From: Leucoraja ocellata
Lineage: Eukaryota
Direction: 5' to 3'
Length of the DNA: 64,000 nt
Assembly (NCBI GenBank): GCA_036785375.1
Contig: JAWMAR010000152.1
Location: 2,914,001 to 2,978,000, forward strand
The notes under the pieces are model-generated. The model was not told the DNA's origin. It did no database searches and saw only the letters and a list, made by a program, of their open reading frames with translations. Made by a program: the position numbers and the translations under genes. Positions 52,916 through 64,000 of the stretch are shown here, in pieces (within the stretch, counting starts at the first letter, position 1; every line of letters begins with the position of its first letter).

Positions 52916-53311
52916 ATTCTGTAGATATATTACTGAATTAATTACTGCTGATGTATTACTGCACATGTTTACACAGAAGTGTGATGTTCCAAAACATTTA
53001 AGTGCGATCAAACATTACTGACAGCTGTAGTATAACTGTCCACATTCAGGAAAAACACAGTGCTGCACAATAGGCTGAAGTTCAATGCTGAATGCAAATT
53101 TTAGATCAAACAAATGAAAAACTTCAGTCAGCCTAAGATTTCAAATCACATTACTTTTAAATTAATATGCAACCATTAAAAAAATAATCCTGTAGATTAG
53201 TCCCCAGCAAAAGATTAGCAAGCATCTGTTCAACATGCAGAACTGATCATGCGCAGAGTACCCAGCATCAACAATCCAATTATCCTTGGAAGTCAGTGCA
53301 ATCTCTGAAAG

Positions 53312-54470
53312 ATTAAAAGAATTGGCAAATTGGATCCAAAATTGACTTCATGACGGGAGACAGAGGTTGATGGTGGATGGGTTTTTTGTGATCGCAAGGC
53401 TGTGACCAGTTATGTACCACAGGGATCGCTGCTGGGACCCCAACTTTTATCATATACATTAACAATTTGGATATGAATGTAGTAAGTATAATTAATAAAT
53501 TTGCAGATGACATGAAAATTGGTAGTGTTGTTGATTGTGAGGAGGATAGTCTTACATTATAGAAAGATACCGAGCAGTTTGTTAAATGGGCAGAACAATG
53601 ACAGATGTAATTTAGTCCCGACAAGTGTGAAATGAAATAAAAGCAGAAAATGGTGGGAAAACTTAGCAGGTATTTGTGGAAATAGAAACAGGTTAAGTTT
53701 CAAACTTGATCATATGTGACGAGAGAGATAAATTAATCCTGGTAAAAGCGCAGGTTGGGGGGAAAGGAAAAGGTGGATCAAAACAGATCCCCTGAGATGC
53801 GGTGAAATAACACACGAGCTGTTAAGCTTCTTCGCGTTGCTTTGTTGTAAATGTTTTGTCTATTAGGACGTACCCTATAGTCCACACAAGTGTGAGGTAA
53901 TGTACTTTGGGAAGACTCATTAGGGTAGGACATGCAGGCAGGGGAGAGGATAGGGTGGATCAAGGGGATCTTCTGGGATGGGGTGAAATAACGTACGAGC
54001 TGTTAAGCCTCAGTGTTGTAAATGTTTCATCTACTGGGACATGCCTAAAGTGCACACAAGTGTGAGGTAATGCACTTTGGGGAGAACTCATTAGGGTAGG
54101 ACATGCACAATGAATGGTAGACCATATGGAATATTGAGCAATAGAGAGATCTCGGGTGTACAAGACGAAGGATCCCAGAAGCTGGCAGCACCGGTAGATA
54201 AATAACGAAGAAGGTGTAGGGATATGAGCCTTCATTAGTCATGGCATAGAAATAAAAGATCAGGGGACAATGGCACAGCTTTGTAAATCATTGATTGGTC
54301 CACAGCTAGAGAACAGTGTGAGGTTCTAGTAACCACACAATAGGAAAGATATGTTTGCACTGAAATGAGTGCAAAGAAGATTTAATAGTACATTGACTGG
54401 GATGGAGTGTTCATGAGGAAAGATTGCAGAGACTGCTTGCGTTCCTTCAGGTAGAGAAGGCCAGCATGAT
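53312..54470 (+). mobile_element. Old CR1 RT fragment interrupted by an insertion and a local duplication
   Basis: VPQGSLLGP.LFIIYINNLD..INKFADDMKIG; interrupted after ACAAGTGTGA at 53630. Confidence 0.8.
53772..54106. repeat. Diverged two-copy tandem duplication (~180-bp period)
   Basis: GGTGGATCAA..GGTGAAATAAC..CGAGCTGTTAAGC..CACACAAGTGTGAGGTAATG..CTCATTAGGGTAGGACATGCA at 53772-53936 and 53954-54106. Confidence 0.9.
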
Positions 54471-54870
54471 ACTCAAAAAAACATGCACAGGTTGATGTGG
54501 CATCCAGCAAGTTCACGTATCCAAATCAACATTGTTTGCTGCATTGAATTAATAACTTACGATATCTCCTCTAACAATCCAATGCCACAGTTGCTCTCAG
54601 GAACATCCATTGCCATATTCTGCTAGTTAGTTCATAACACAACATTTACAAGTGCACACAAAAAAGTGGAAAGACCCATCAACAATCCAACCCAAGGAGC
54701 CTCGGCTCCCTTGCCGAACCTAGATATCAGGTACATTGGCAGGAAATTGAGCCAGGCACTCAACACCCAGGTGCCAACTTGCTTTCTTTCCCCTACAAGA
54801 TGTCAGAATCTACATAAACAAACACAACCATTATAGCCACATACATCATTGTGAGGAGAAGATATCCTAC

Positions 54871-54978
54871 CTGCAGGAGAATGAATTTGTCTTCAGTAGA
54901 GAAGAGGACCACTGTGTTGTGCATTGTATCATCGTCATCGTCATCATCTTTACTTGGAGATGTATCTACTCCTGTAGA
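54871..54978 (-). CDS. KMT2D: KMT2D exon (108 nt)
   Basis: STGVDTSPSKDDDDDDDTMHNTVVLFSTEDKFILLQ; CAG|gtagg donor. Confidence 0.92.
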
Positions 54979-55346
54979 CTACGACAGGAAACAAATAGTT
55001 CAGCACTAGAAAACCGGCATCAAATTATAGTTAGTTTAAATAATTTCCACAGTAGATTTCCCTGAATTTCTTTTCAGGTCATGAAATGCTACCAGAAAAA
55101 TATTCTGAATTTGACAGGATAACATTTTCTCTTTGTTCTCTCATACAAGATCAAATTCAGGAATGTGCCATCCCACCACCATGCATGGTGCCTGGTGCTA
55201 TAGCTCAGAAATAATGTATATTATTGTGCATTCTGGGCTCAGTTTTCAATAGGAAACAATGAGCATTTTAAAATTTGTATACTTGGATCAGCTTTAGGTA
55301 TACAGTAAGCATTGCTCTATAATTACCCAAACCATTCATTTCTTAC

Positions 55347-55457
55347 CCCCAGAGACTCCAAGATTCCAGATACAGACTTCAAACGTGATCGCCCTCGTCC
55401 CCTTCCCACGTGTCCACCACGTGGTCGCTTTTTACCTGGAAAACTGTTACAACGACC
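55347..55457 (-). CDS. KMT2D: KMT2D exon (111 nt), basic RG-rich motif
   Basis: GRCNSFPGKKRPRGGHVGRGRGRSRLKSVSGILESLG; AG/GT boundaries. Confidence 0.92.
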
Positions 55458-55519
55458 CTGTTGAAGCAAAATAAAGCATTTGCAAATCACCCTTTTTAAA
55501 AAAGACAATTTCTATTGAG

Positions 55520-56420
55520 TTTAACTCAACAGAATCTCGATATCCTCTTGACTTTTTATGCTTGGAGTCAGAGGATGTAGATACAAACAAATCAAGAAGG
55601 ACATGGAGGATAGAGGATTAGCATGGGGTATGCTAATATGCAAGGGCATTTTTGGATCAAGGAGGTGGTGATGTTGAGTCTCCTGAAGAGCATTAAGGCG
55701 CATGTTTTCAGGGCATGATGGAATTTATTCCAGGTTATTGAGAGAGGCAGCAGGAGTTTGCTGAGGCCTTGATAAAGATATTTATGTCCTCCCTAGCCAC
55801 AGGAAGGCCATGGAGGAATAGAGAGTAGCCAATTTTGTTCATTGATTTAAGAAGGGAAATTGGGTTAATCCAGGAAATTATAGGCCAGTGTGCCTCAAAT
55901 CAGTGGTAGGAAACATTTCTATAGATTTTTTAAAACGAGCTGATAAAGCAAACACTAGCCTTATAGAAAGTCTGGTAATTAGTATTAGTCTTCAATGTAG
56001 AGGGTACAAGTAACCAATGGCTCTTTTAACTGGGAATGGTAAGGGAGGGAGGAACTCAGGAAAATTACAATCACAGGGAGAGTGGGGTTGCACAAATTAT
56101 TAGAGATGCAGACTGACAGATCTGTGTGTTGATGGGTTTTGTTTTAGGATCCTAAAAGTGACTGGTGAGAGTTGATACAATAATTTCACTTTTCCAGCAT
56201 TATCTAGATTCAGGTAATGCTCCACTGAAATAGCATACGTAATGATTTTATCAAAAAGGGAGACAAAGAATAAAACAACAGCCAGTTGCCTTTATATCTG
56301 TCATAGGAAAAACATTAGGAGCTTTTACTAAAGATGCTATAGCAGGGCACTTATAAAAATTCAATGTAATCAGGCAAAGTCAGCATGGTTTTGTGAAAAG
56401 GAAATGGTGTCTGACCATTA
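55520..56420 (+). mobile_element. Decayed CR1 fragments
   Basis: Remnants of FKKG..NPGNYRPV.L.SVVG and IRQSQHGFVK..CLT. Confidence 0.7.
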
Positions 56421-56575
56421 TGTCAGAGCCAAACTTTGAGGGGAGAAAAATAGTATGTGCACTCGCATGCCGACACATTTAATCACGCTTATCGGCAGCC
56501 ATCTCCCCAAGTATTCAACCTCGTTCCCATTTTAACTGCCTAAAGGCAGAAACAACTATTTTCCCCTGTCCTCAC

Positions 56576-57669
56576 CTGTTTGACCCGAGGTCGACCTGGT
56601 GAGAAACGTCGCTTCATAACTGCAGGCTTGCCAGATTCACCTTTCATCATACCAGGGTCAGCTGGCAAGGAATCCTCGGTTTCTGTTAGCCGCAAGTCTG
56701 AATTTGATTTTTCAGCCTCATCGTCCAGCCTTGGAGAAATATCATCTGTTGCCGTCATACAAACGTCCATTGAAACCAAACCAGCATCACGGTCCAAAGT
56801 ATTTGAAAAATCTGGTTCCAAGCAGGTGCTATTTGAGTCGGTTTGACTTTGATTTGACATCTCCTCCACAATCTCAGATTTAATGAGCATGTTACAGGCA
56901 GAGTCTGTGCTTACAGCATCCTGCACTTCCATCTGAGTATCTTGCTCAGTCTTCACCCTATTGCCTGCAGGTACAACCTCCATAGGAGTCGCTTCATCAT
57001 TATTGTCCATCTCAACAGGCTCTCGCTTAGTCTCCATTCCATCAGAGACCAAGTCAGAAACATCACCTCTGTCCACAGACCCACAAGTTGAATCAGCAGG
57101 AATATCACAGAGTTCAGTTTTATCTTTATGGATTTTGTCAGTCTCCTGCTTGATAACAAAGGAAGCACCATCTTGCTGTGTTTCAGCAGAAGCACTGACA
57201 GAATCCATCAAGTCAGGGTCTGTGGCAAGGTGATTGGCTTTTGTCTCCTGCGGAATGGAACTATTGGGATGAGCATCGGTGTCTGCTTGAATGCAGGTCT
57301 CCTCCGCCTGGTCTAAGCTTTCCATTTTTATTTCCTTTGTCTGTAAGAAATGTTCTGGTTGATCTGTCTTATCTGAACTAGAGTGTTCTGTAAATTCGGT
57401 TTCTGTAGACTCCAGTGAACTTTTAATGCTCTCTGATGGTGGTCCATCTGTCCCACCTTCACAGGTCTTATGAATCTCTGTGTTATGAGAAGACTGGGAT
57501 CCCTCAGTGAGATGTTCATGTTCAGTTTCTTTCTCTGCAGTCGAGACTCCAACTCCATTTTCCTCCAAAGGAGCAAGAGACGGAGATTCTACCCGTTCCA
57601 CGGCGTCAACGCCAGAAATTTGTTGCTTTGGATTTTCCAGTTCCACGTTACCACCTGCGTTGATAGAAT
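56576..57669 (-). CDS. KMT2D: KMT2D exon (1094 nt), acidic disordered region ending RRFSPGRPRVKQ
   Basis: ORF 56540..57694; gtttttgttag acceptor and CAG|gtgag donor; LIKSEIVEEMSNQSQ.D and KRRFSPGRPRVKQ motifs. Confidence 0.9.
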
Positions 57670-58726
57670 CTAACAAAAACATTTCAATTAGCACAGTATT
57701 GGTAAGCTCTCCATCACCTATCCTCCACCGACATCATTAACCTTCTTTATAACTATGCCATTGACGGGTTTAAAAACTAATTATTACAAATTAAGTTTGA
57801 AGAACAAAGGAGTTCTTGAAATCATTAGAATCCGAGTACATGATGCAGTAGAGTTATTTGGTTTGGATTCGAAATACCAGTTTTCAGGAGCTCCATAACA
57901 ATTTGTGCGAGATGGCATAAATGAAGAAAACATTTCACAATATTTAAATGCTTCAGTTGCAATGCCCACTGGCATTTCAGTAAGGTACGTATGTGAATTT
58001 ATAAAGAATTTGTAATTCCCTCCCATGTTTTGTTTTCCAAAAGCTGTCTACCTCACTGTGTTACCTGCAAGACTAAAAAAAAATGTGGGTTCAAAAGCCA
58101 TAATGGGTACAAGCTCAGTCTAAGTCAACATTTGATGTTGTATAAAATATATTCTGCAAACAAGTTTAAAACCTAGATTCCTTGTTGCCCTTCAATAGCC
58201 TATGGGAATATGGTAAACATTAACAAAATATTGGTATATGATATGCTGGTCAACATTTCTCACAAGCAAAAACAGATAAAGTGTTTCTCTTATATCTTTC
58301 CACAGAGTATTGTTAGTACAGAATGGTGCTGAATTAACCTGCGTAACAGTAACTTCTACATAAACGAGTAAGAGTCTCCAAACTAAAATAATCCATTGTG
58401 CAATCTTCCCAGGTCACCTTGTGGACATCGTTTTTTCATTGCATTCATTGATGTATTAGTGGCAGCACTCAATGGAAACAGTAACAGCCAAACAAATTAT
58501 TAGTGATGAAATGCAGGTTCAAGTGGCCAGTGAGGCCAACCAGTAGACTTGATTCTGAAGAGCATAAACAGTGGCATCCAAGCACCAGGTGTGGTTGAAG
58601 ATGCAGTGTAATGAGTGGGTGATTTACAAAACTGCAAAATGTAGTAGGCCCACAAAAAGACAAAGATGGATCTTAAGCATGGAATTAACTTGGTGATGGA
58701 ACTGTTACAAGCAAGGCAAAACATCA

Positions 58727-59124
58727 CCCCCTCCCATTCCCAATCCGACCTCTCTGTCCTGGGTCTCCTCCATTGCCAGAGTGAGCAACAGCGGAAATTG
58801 GAGGAACAGCACCTCATATTCCGCCTGGGGACCTTGCATTCGGATGGCATTAACATTGAATTCTCCCAAATTTGCTAGCCCTTGCTGTCTCCTCCCCTTC
58901 CTTAACCCTCTAGCTGTCTCCTGCCACCCTCCTATCCGCCCGCCCTCGGGCTCCTCCTCCTCCCCTTTTCCTTCCTTCTCCCCCCCCAGCCCCCATCAGT
59001 CTGAAGAAGGGTTTCGGCCCGAAACGTCGCCTATTTCCTTCACTCCATAGATGCTGCTGCACCCGCTGAGTTTCTCCAGCAATTTTGTGTACCTTCGATT
59101 TTCCAGCATCTGCAGTTCCTTCTT
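58727..59124 (+). mobile_element. Penelope-like element 3' end: C-terminus of GIY-YIG endonuclease ORF plus terminal repeat
   Basis: PSHSQSDLSVLGLLHCQSEQQRKLEEQHLIFRLGTLHSDGINIEFS*, then a pyrimidine-rich tract and the terminal unit repeated elsewhere in the window. Confidence 0.85.
58995..59034 (+). ncRNA. Minimal type I hammerhead ribozyme-like motif in Penelope terminal repeat
   Basis: CTGAAGA-A-GGGT(TTCG)GCCC-GAAA-CGTC: core boxes, stem II, palindromic ACGT stem III and GUC triplet; stem I weak. Confidence 0.65.
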
Positions 59125-59294
59125 GGACAACATTAGTAATCTTATTAGTGCTCCATGAAATTGGTACACATAAAGGTTTGGATATTTTCAATATGGTCAA
59201 TTAAAAAACATTTAGACGGTTTCAATGGAGTGTACGTGGAAGTCTGATGTTTTTCCCCTGAACCCTCCTTAATTGGATTAGCAATGCAAGATCA

Positions 59295-59400
59295 CAAGAG
59301 ACTGCAGAAGCTGCAATTTTGAGCAAAAGTGCTGAAGGAACTTCACGGATCAGGTAGCATTTGTGGAGAGAATGGACAGATGACATTTCGGGTGGGGACT
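59295..59400 (-). mobile_element. Older Penelope terminal fragment
   Basis: ACTGCAGAAGCTGC..GTGCTGAAGGAACT..CAGGTAGCATTTGTGGAG..GACATTTCGGG. Confidence 0.6.
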
Positions 59401-59900
59401 GGTTGTGTTTCATTAGAAATGTTGTTTTTCAATAATTCTATTCCCATCCACCCACACACAACATTAATTCTGCTTTCTCCTAATTCAATATGTTAATGTA
59501 TGTGAAAGCATTAATTCCTCCTGCGCGCCGCTTTTCCTAACAAATGGTCATATTCCAACAGCAGTCTCAGGTTGTCTGAATGATGAAAATCAGTAGAGTA
59601 CAGGGGGCAGGGTAGAGAGAAAAATCAGTTAAGCTACGCACTCTGCAAGCGATTATTTTATTGCACTGGGTTAATAGTCTAGAATTACATACCCAAAAAC
59701 ATGCAAGCTCAATCAAAGGATTCTAGCAGGACAAAAACTAAGACAGAATGGATGTTTCAGGCAGCAAATATTGAAACTATTTGATTTTGTTTATGAAAAT
59801 AAATTCAGTTGTACAAAAGGGACATGAAAATAACAGTTACAAGTCTAGAGCACATGTCACAACAGATTAAACAACCACAGTTTAAGAGGAGATTTCTCAC

Positions 59901-60011
59901 CCTCGTGTTCATGCAAAGAGTCTTCAGCACTACATTCACTCGTCAATTGCTGTTCTGGTTTCAAATCTTTTTGCTGCCTTTCAGTCCACTCACTTAGATC
60001 TTTCATTTTCT
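59901..60011 (-). CDS. KMT2D: KMT2D exon (111 nt), charged low-complexity
   Basis: ttttctgttgaacag|AG..GAGG|gtgaga; open phase 1/1 frame EKMKDLSEWTERQQKDLKPEQQLTSECSAEDSLHEHE; supported by splice sites and frame only. Confidence 0.7.
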
Positions 60012-60324
60012 CTGTTCAACAGAAAATAATATTTTACATGTTATTTAAAATAATGATTGTAAATAACCCCAGAGACTTCAAGAGCAGTCCTTTGATTTAA
60101 CAAATGTGCTGTTTAAAAAGCATGAATTTGCAATTCCACAAGCCACGGTAAATTCAATCCTTACATCTTGATCTTAGTAATATCACTGGAGAGGATATGC
60201 AAAAGTCATCATGACTTCTGTTATGCTTCACTTATTAGATCAGAAAAGCAAAACAGACTGCCATCCATTTTGTTGCATTGAGAGGAATAAATTAGTCCCT
60301 TCAAAACAAATTAATGGAGTGCAT

Positions 60325-60415
60325 GGACACAAAGTGCTGGAGTAACTCAGCGGGTCAGGCAGCATCTCTGGAGAAAAGGAATAGGTGACATTTTGGGTCG
60401 AGAATCTTCTTCAGT
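60325..60415 (-). mobile_element. Penelope terminal fragment with mutated hammerhead
   Basis: GACACAAAGTGCTGGAGTAACTCAGCGGGTCAGGCAGCATCTC..GGTGACATTTTGGGTCGAGAATCTTCTTCAG. Confidence 0.75.
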
Positions 60416-61662
60416 GTTGCACTACTGACTTTGGTATTGTACTATTATTGTTACCTAGCATTACAGTTATTAGTTTGTTGTATGTAGATGCAACAAGCTG
60501 TCAGAGAAAGTGGTTGAGACTGGTATAATAACAACATGTAAAGGACATTTGGACAGGCACATTGTCAGGAAAGGTTTGGAGGACTATGGGTCAAATGTGG
60601 GCAAATGGAACTAGCATAGGTCAGCATGGAATGTTTGGCGGAAAGGTTTGTTTCCATGCTATATTCCTGTATGACTCTAAAAGAGCAACCAATCTACAAA
60701 AGGCACAATAATCAGGAACAGCAGAAGAAATAGTAACAAATGACAAATCATTCTGTGCCAGAGTGCCATCACCTGTCAACTGGCCCACATAAAAGGAACT
60801 ATTTGCAGACTAAATGACCACTGCAGTATCATAGACATTTATAGTAATTGAAACAGCAAAAATGTAATTCAAAATCATGTCACAGATCATAACAGATGAC
60901 CATACTCAAGACTATATGGATTAGCTTGTTAAAAGCAAAATAAAAAAGCAAAATAATTGTGCGCAAACCATTCTAGCAAGGAAATGCTATAATTCCAAGA
61001 ACTGTTGGCAAGCCTTTGGCAAGTGAAGATATAGTCTAATGAATAGGCAAATGGGATAGAAGGAGACCTCACAGGGCAAAAAGGATACCAAGTGCTTATG
61101 TGTAGGATGATCCCACCCAATGGGACAGATGTGGCTCATGAGCCCTATATGCTAAAGGTGAACTGAGAGCTAAAGGTGAAGTGGAAAGTTGAAGAGCTAG
61201 TTGTAATATTGGAATTTAATAATTGCAAGATGCGAATTCTGTCAAAAGTCAGGAATTTCTCATCCCTAATGTGTGGACATCACAAAAGGTAGGCCAGCTC
61301 CTTAATGAGATCAACATTCAAACAATTACATAACGTTGCTGAAAGTCGCAAGAGGAACTTGCATCAAAATGACTGACTGACTAAAATGATCACTTTGTTA
61401 AACTATGCTAGATTTTATTGCCAGTCAAATGAAGCATGCATTCAATGCGGTCATGACAATACATTGAAAGTCGTAGCTCCAATTCCTTCAAGGTTACAGT
61501 GTGATTAATAACAGCTAAAGTCTGCAGTGCAACAGGATCCAAGTGATCAAATAAAACAGGTACACTATATTCTGTGACTTGGCTTGCAAAAGCATTTTCA
61601 ATGTTGCCAGGCCAGTGCAATTAAACTTTTCAGAGCAAACAAGTAAATCTATTCAACCATAC

Positions 61663-61814
61663 CCGATGCCGCTGGCTCAAGTTTCAATTGCCTTTCATCA
61701 ACCGGCTCAGCAGATGAAAGCCCTGTATGTTGCAGTGAGTTCTTACACGTTGCACATGTGTACTGTTGCCCTGGCAAATTGAGAGATGAAGGGCCACAGT
61801 CTGTATGGATCCAC
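61663..61814 (-). CDS. KMT2D: KMT2D exon (152 nt), end of the extra PHD finger
   Basis: tctcag|G..G|gtatgg; (K)WIHTDCGPSSLNLPGQQYTCATCKN..EPAAS; phase matches both neighbours. Confidence 0.88.
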
Positions 61815-62481
61815 CTGAGAATAAGAAATCCAACAAGCTCATGAAAAACATAAAACTTTAAACTGCAAAGATAAAATAGACGTATGAACTAAATACTGGA
61901 AAGAATATTATTACAACTCAATCCTAATCAGAATCTCTGATATCATTTGAATCCCGGATTGCAAATTGGAAAAATAAAAACATCGGACTTCCCTGAAGGA
62001 GGGTAAAAGCTGTGGACAAGCATTACTGATCTCACACTCCAGCTAAGAACTAGAGTGGATGACGGACTCTTAAAATGAGGAGGATATTACAGTAATATGT
62101 CACCTAAAACTAATTGAAAAGGATTGAATGAAAGTGCAAATAGCGCAAATACCAAAAAATGTTACTGCCGATCACGTGAAAGCGTGGCCAGTTAGCTTAA
62201 ATGGGATAGTTACCGAGGCAAAAGTTCTACACAATTGTATACAAGACTTCACTAACTACGTTCTTGGTTGAAGAACATTAAAATTCACCAACATTCACTT
62301 GTAACCCAAATATGTTATCACTAAACAACAGGAAGGGAAAGAAAAAAAGCTCTTAAACGGTTTAAAAAAAACTATGTATGCTATGCTGTGATTTATGATG
62401 GAACCAATTGACAATAATGGCTGTTGCTAATCTAACAGTCTTTCCAGACCAAATTAATAACTAACGTCAGAAGCCACTTAC

Positions 62482-62669
62482 TTTTGGCAGATATGGCAGT
62501 TTAAAGTGTCATCTGTTTGTCCATTTGTTTTACCACATATCGTACACACAGCACTGTCCCTGTTCCTTTGCCAGTAACATTTCTCACAAACGGAGTAGTT
62601 CTGATGCCACTGCGTATTGGCATGTTTCCCTGCAGATCTTGAACCACAATCACTGCACACACGACAGTT
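62482..62669 (-). CDS. KMT2D: KMT2D exon (188 nt), Zn-knuckle plus start of an extra PHD finger
   Basis: ttttctgcag|AAC..AA|gtaagt; NCRVCSDCG..WHQNYSVCEKC..CTICGK..CHICQ. Confidence 0.92.
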
Positions 62670-62789
62670 CTGCAGAAAAGAATTTGGAAGTGAAATTGGT
62701 TTGAATATGTCAAATCCCATCTTTTAACCATATGACAATGGCAGCTTCTCAAACGAGTAAAATAAGGTTGGAACAGTTCCATAAGTTGC

Positions 62790-63545
62790 ACTGAAAACAA
62801 AACGCAACACAAGACTTTCAGTCTCACAATCGTTCCACGATGTACATGAAGGATAGAAGATAATGTGGAAAAATGTGGGGCCATATACTTTGGTAGAAAA
62901 AAAATAGAAGGGCTGAGATTTTGTTTTAAATAGTGGCAGATTGAAAGGGATTGCCATTCATTAAATCTGGGTGGTCTGTAAACAAACAATTGGAAGTTAA
63001 TCTGGAGGTACAGCAAGCAATTTAAAAGGTAAACAGTAAATTGGTGTTTATTGCAAGAGGATGCCAGTGCATGAGTAAAGTTGTCTTACTGACATTACAC
63101 AAGACTGTCAGCACTGCAAATATCCCATATACAGGTCTCCCTCACTAAGAAAGGAATTGCTTTCAGTAAATGCAAGGAAGCCTCCCAGGATTGATTCCTT
63201 GAGGAGAACGAGAGGCGATCCCAATGAAATTTACGGGATTAATACATATTCAGAGATGATATTGGCTGGGGCATCTATGAGCAAAGATCCACGTCCCAGA
63301 ATAAGGAGTCGGCATTCAGGAATAAGATGAGAAGTGTTTTCCTCACCAAAGTGTTTTCCGCACATAAATCTTTCAAATTCTCTACCCAAGAATATTCGAG
63401 AGCTTCAGTCACTGACAGTTTTGAGACAAAGATACATTTATGGAAACTGAGTTAATGTAAGAATATGCTGGTTCAGTTAAGGATCACCATGATTTTATTG
63501 AATGACACAGTAAGGACAAGGGTTTAACTGACCACTCCTGATTTT
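62790..63545. mobile_element. Decayed CR1 fragments with an inverted 5' part
   Basis: AAAAGGTAAACAGTAAATTGGTGTTTATTGCAAGAGG and 3' tail ACTCCTGATTTT. Confidence 0.55.
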
Positions 63546-63760
63546 GTTACTTTAATCATCATCCAAGAAAACAGTTAATCCCAGATTCCCAGTGTCAAAA
63601 GCAAGAGTGCTTAGAAAAAGATTGCAATTTCTCAACCATCATTGTACGTGGAAATGTTTAGACTCCATCGCGAATGATACAAACACAACAGATTGAAGTC
63701 ATCATGCACATGATTACTTTGTCATCTACATCTGCTTCTGATACACACAGACAGACGAAC

Positions 63761-63875
63761 CTTGCATTTCCAGCTGTCCGTAGGTAGCGACTCCATTGCT
63801 GGTTTCAAGCAAAACGTATGATAGCCCTTGTCACACGCGTCACACACAAGCATCATAGTGTCTGCACCAGGCTGC
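63761..63875 (-). CDS. KMT2D: KMT2D exon (115 nt), C-terminal half of a PHD finger
   Basis: catag|G..AAG|gttcgt; QPGADTMMLVCDACDKGYHTFCLKPAMESLPTDSWKCK. Confidence 0.93.
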
Positions 63876-64000
63876 CTATGTGGATGCAACAGGAGATGTT
63901 ACAAACTAATCTACACAAATTTATAACATTACTGTAGTGCCAAAATATTTTACGGGTGTTATCATAAATGTGAACGCTAATTTTCCATAAAATGTATTGC

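Larger units (their letters stand above)
353..63875 (-). other. KMT2D: KMT2D (histone-lysine N-methyltransferase 2D) gene body, partial: 32 coding exons, both ends outside window
   Basis: Phase-consistent GT-AG exon chain. KMT2D-type peptides GEGDGLSYNQRS..WEKDE.LG.LSTISPVLYANINFPNL.QDYP, WRKVPAADKAP, LETNDPHLDDLL..EFDLLAYTDPELDTGDKKDIF and DLDKFAA.DI.DPIAKAKMVALKGIKKVMAQG fit KMT2D better than KMT2C as I recall them. Confidence 0.95.

Noticed and set aside
57784-58026. 80-aa sense-strand ORF upstream of the 1094-nt exon
   Set aside because: No convincing splice sites or similarity
58339-58355. Possible 17-nt microexon (tag|AAGTTACTGTTACGCAG|gttaa), plus a strong AG at 58065
   Set aside because: Breaks the frame; flanking exons already join in phase
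353-63875. Assignment to KMT2C because of the extra PHD finger
   Set aside because: HMG-box and downstream peptides fit KMT2D rather than KMT2C as I recall them

Overview
Vertebrate genomic DNA, most likely a cartilaginous fish such as a skate or ray (inferred from HE1/V-SINE-like, CR1 and Penelope-like repeat content). The whole window lies inside one minus-strand gene, the H3K4 methyltransferase KMT2D (MLL2/MLL4). I read 32 phase-consistent GT-AG coding exons between 63875 and 353. They cover the end of the first PHD cluster, an extra intact PHD finger, the second PHD cluster, the HMG box, LXXLL motifs and Q/P-rich regions. The start codon and the FYR/SET C-terminus lie outside the window. 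Introns hold two near-full-length IR/DR-type Tc1 (DD34E) transposons plus a 172-bp derivative, two PIF/Harbinger-type MITEs, CR1, Rex1 and RTE LINE fragments, V-SINEs, and a ~0.9-kb 30-bp minisatellite. The most unusual signal is a set of Penelope-like retroelement ends, several inserted as hairpins with target-site duplications, that carry a minimal hammerhead-ribozyme core (CTGAAGA..GAAACGTC). Exon coordinates were read by eye and comparisons with human proteins are from memory. No alignment or search was run.
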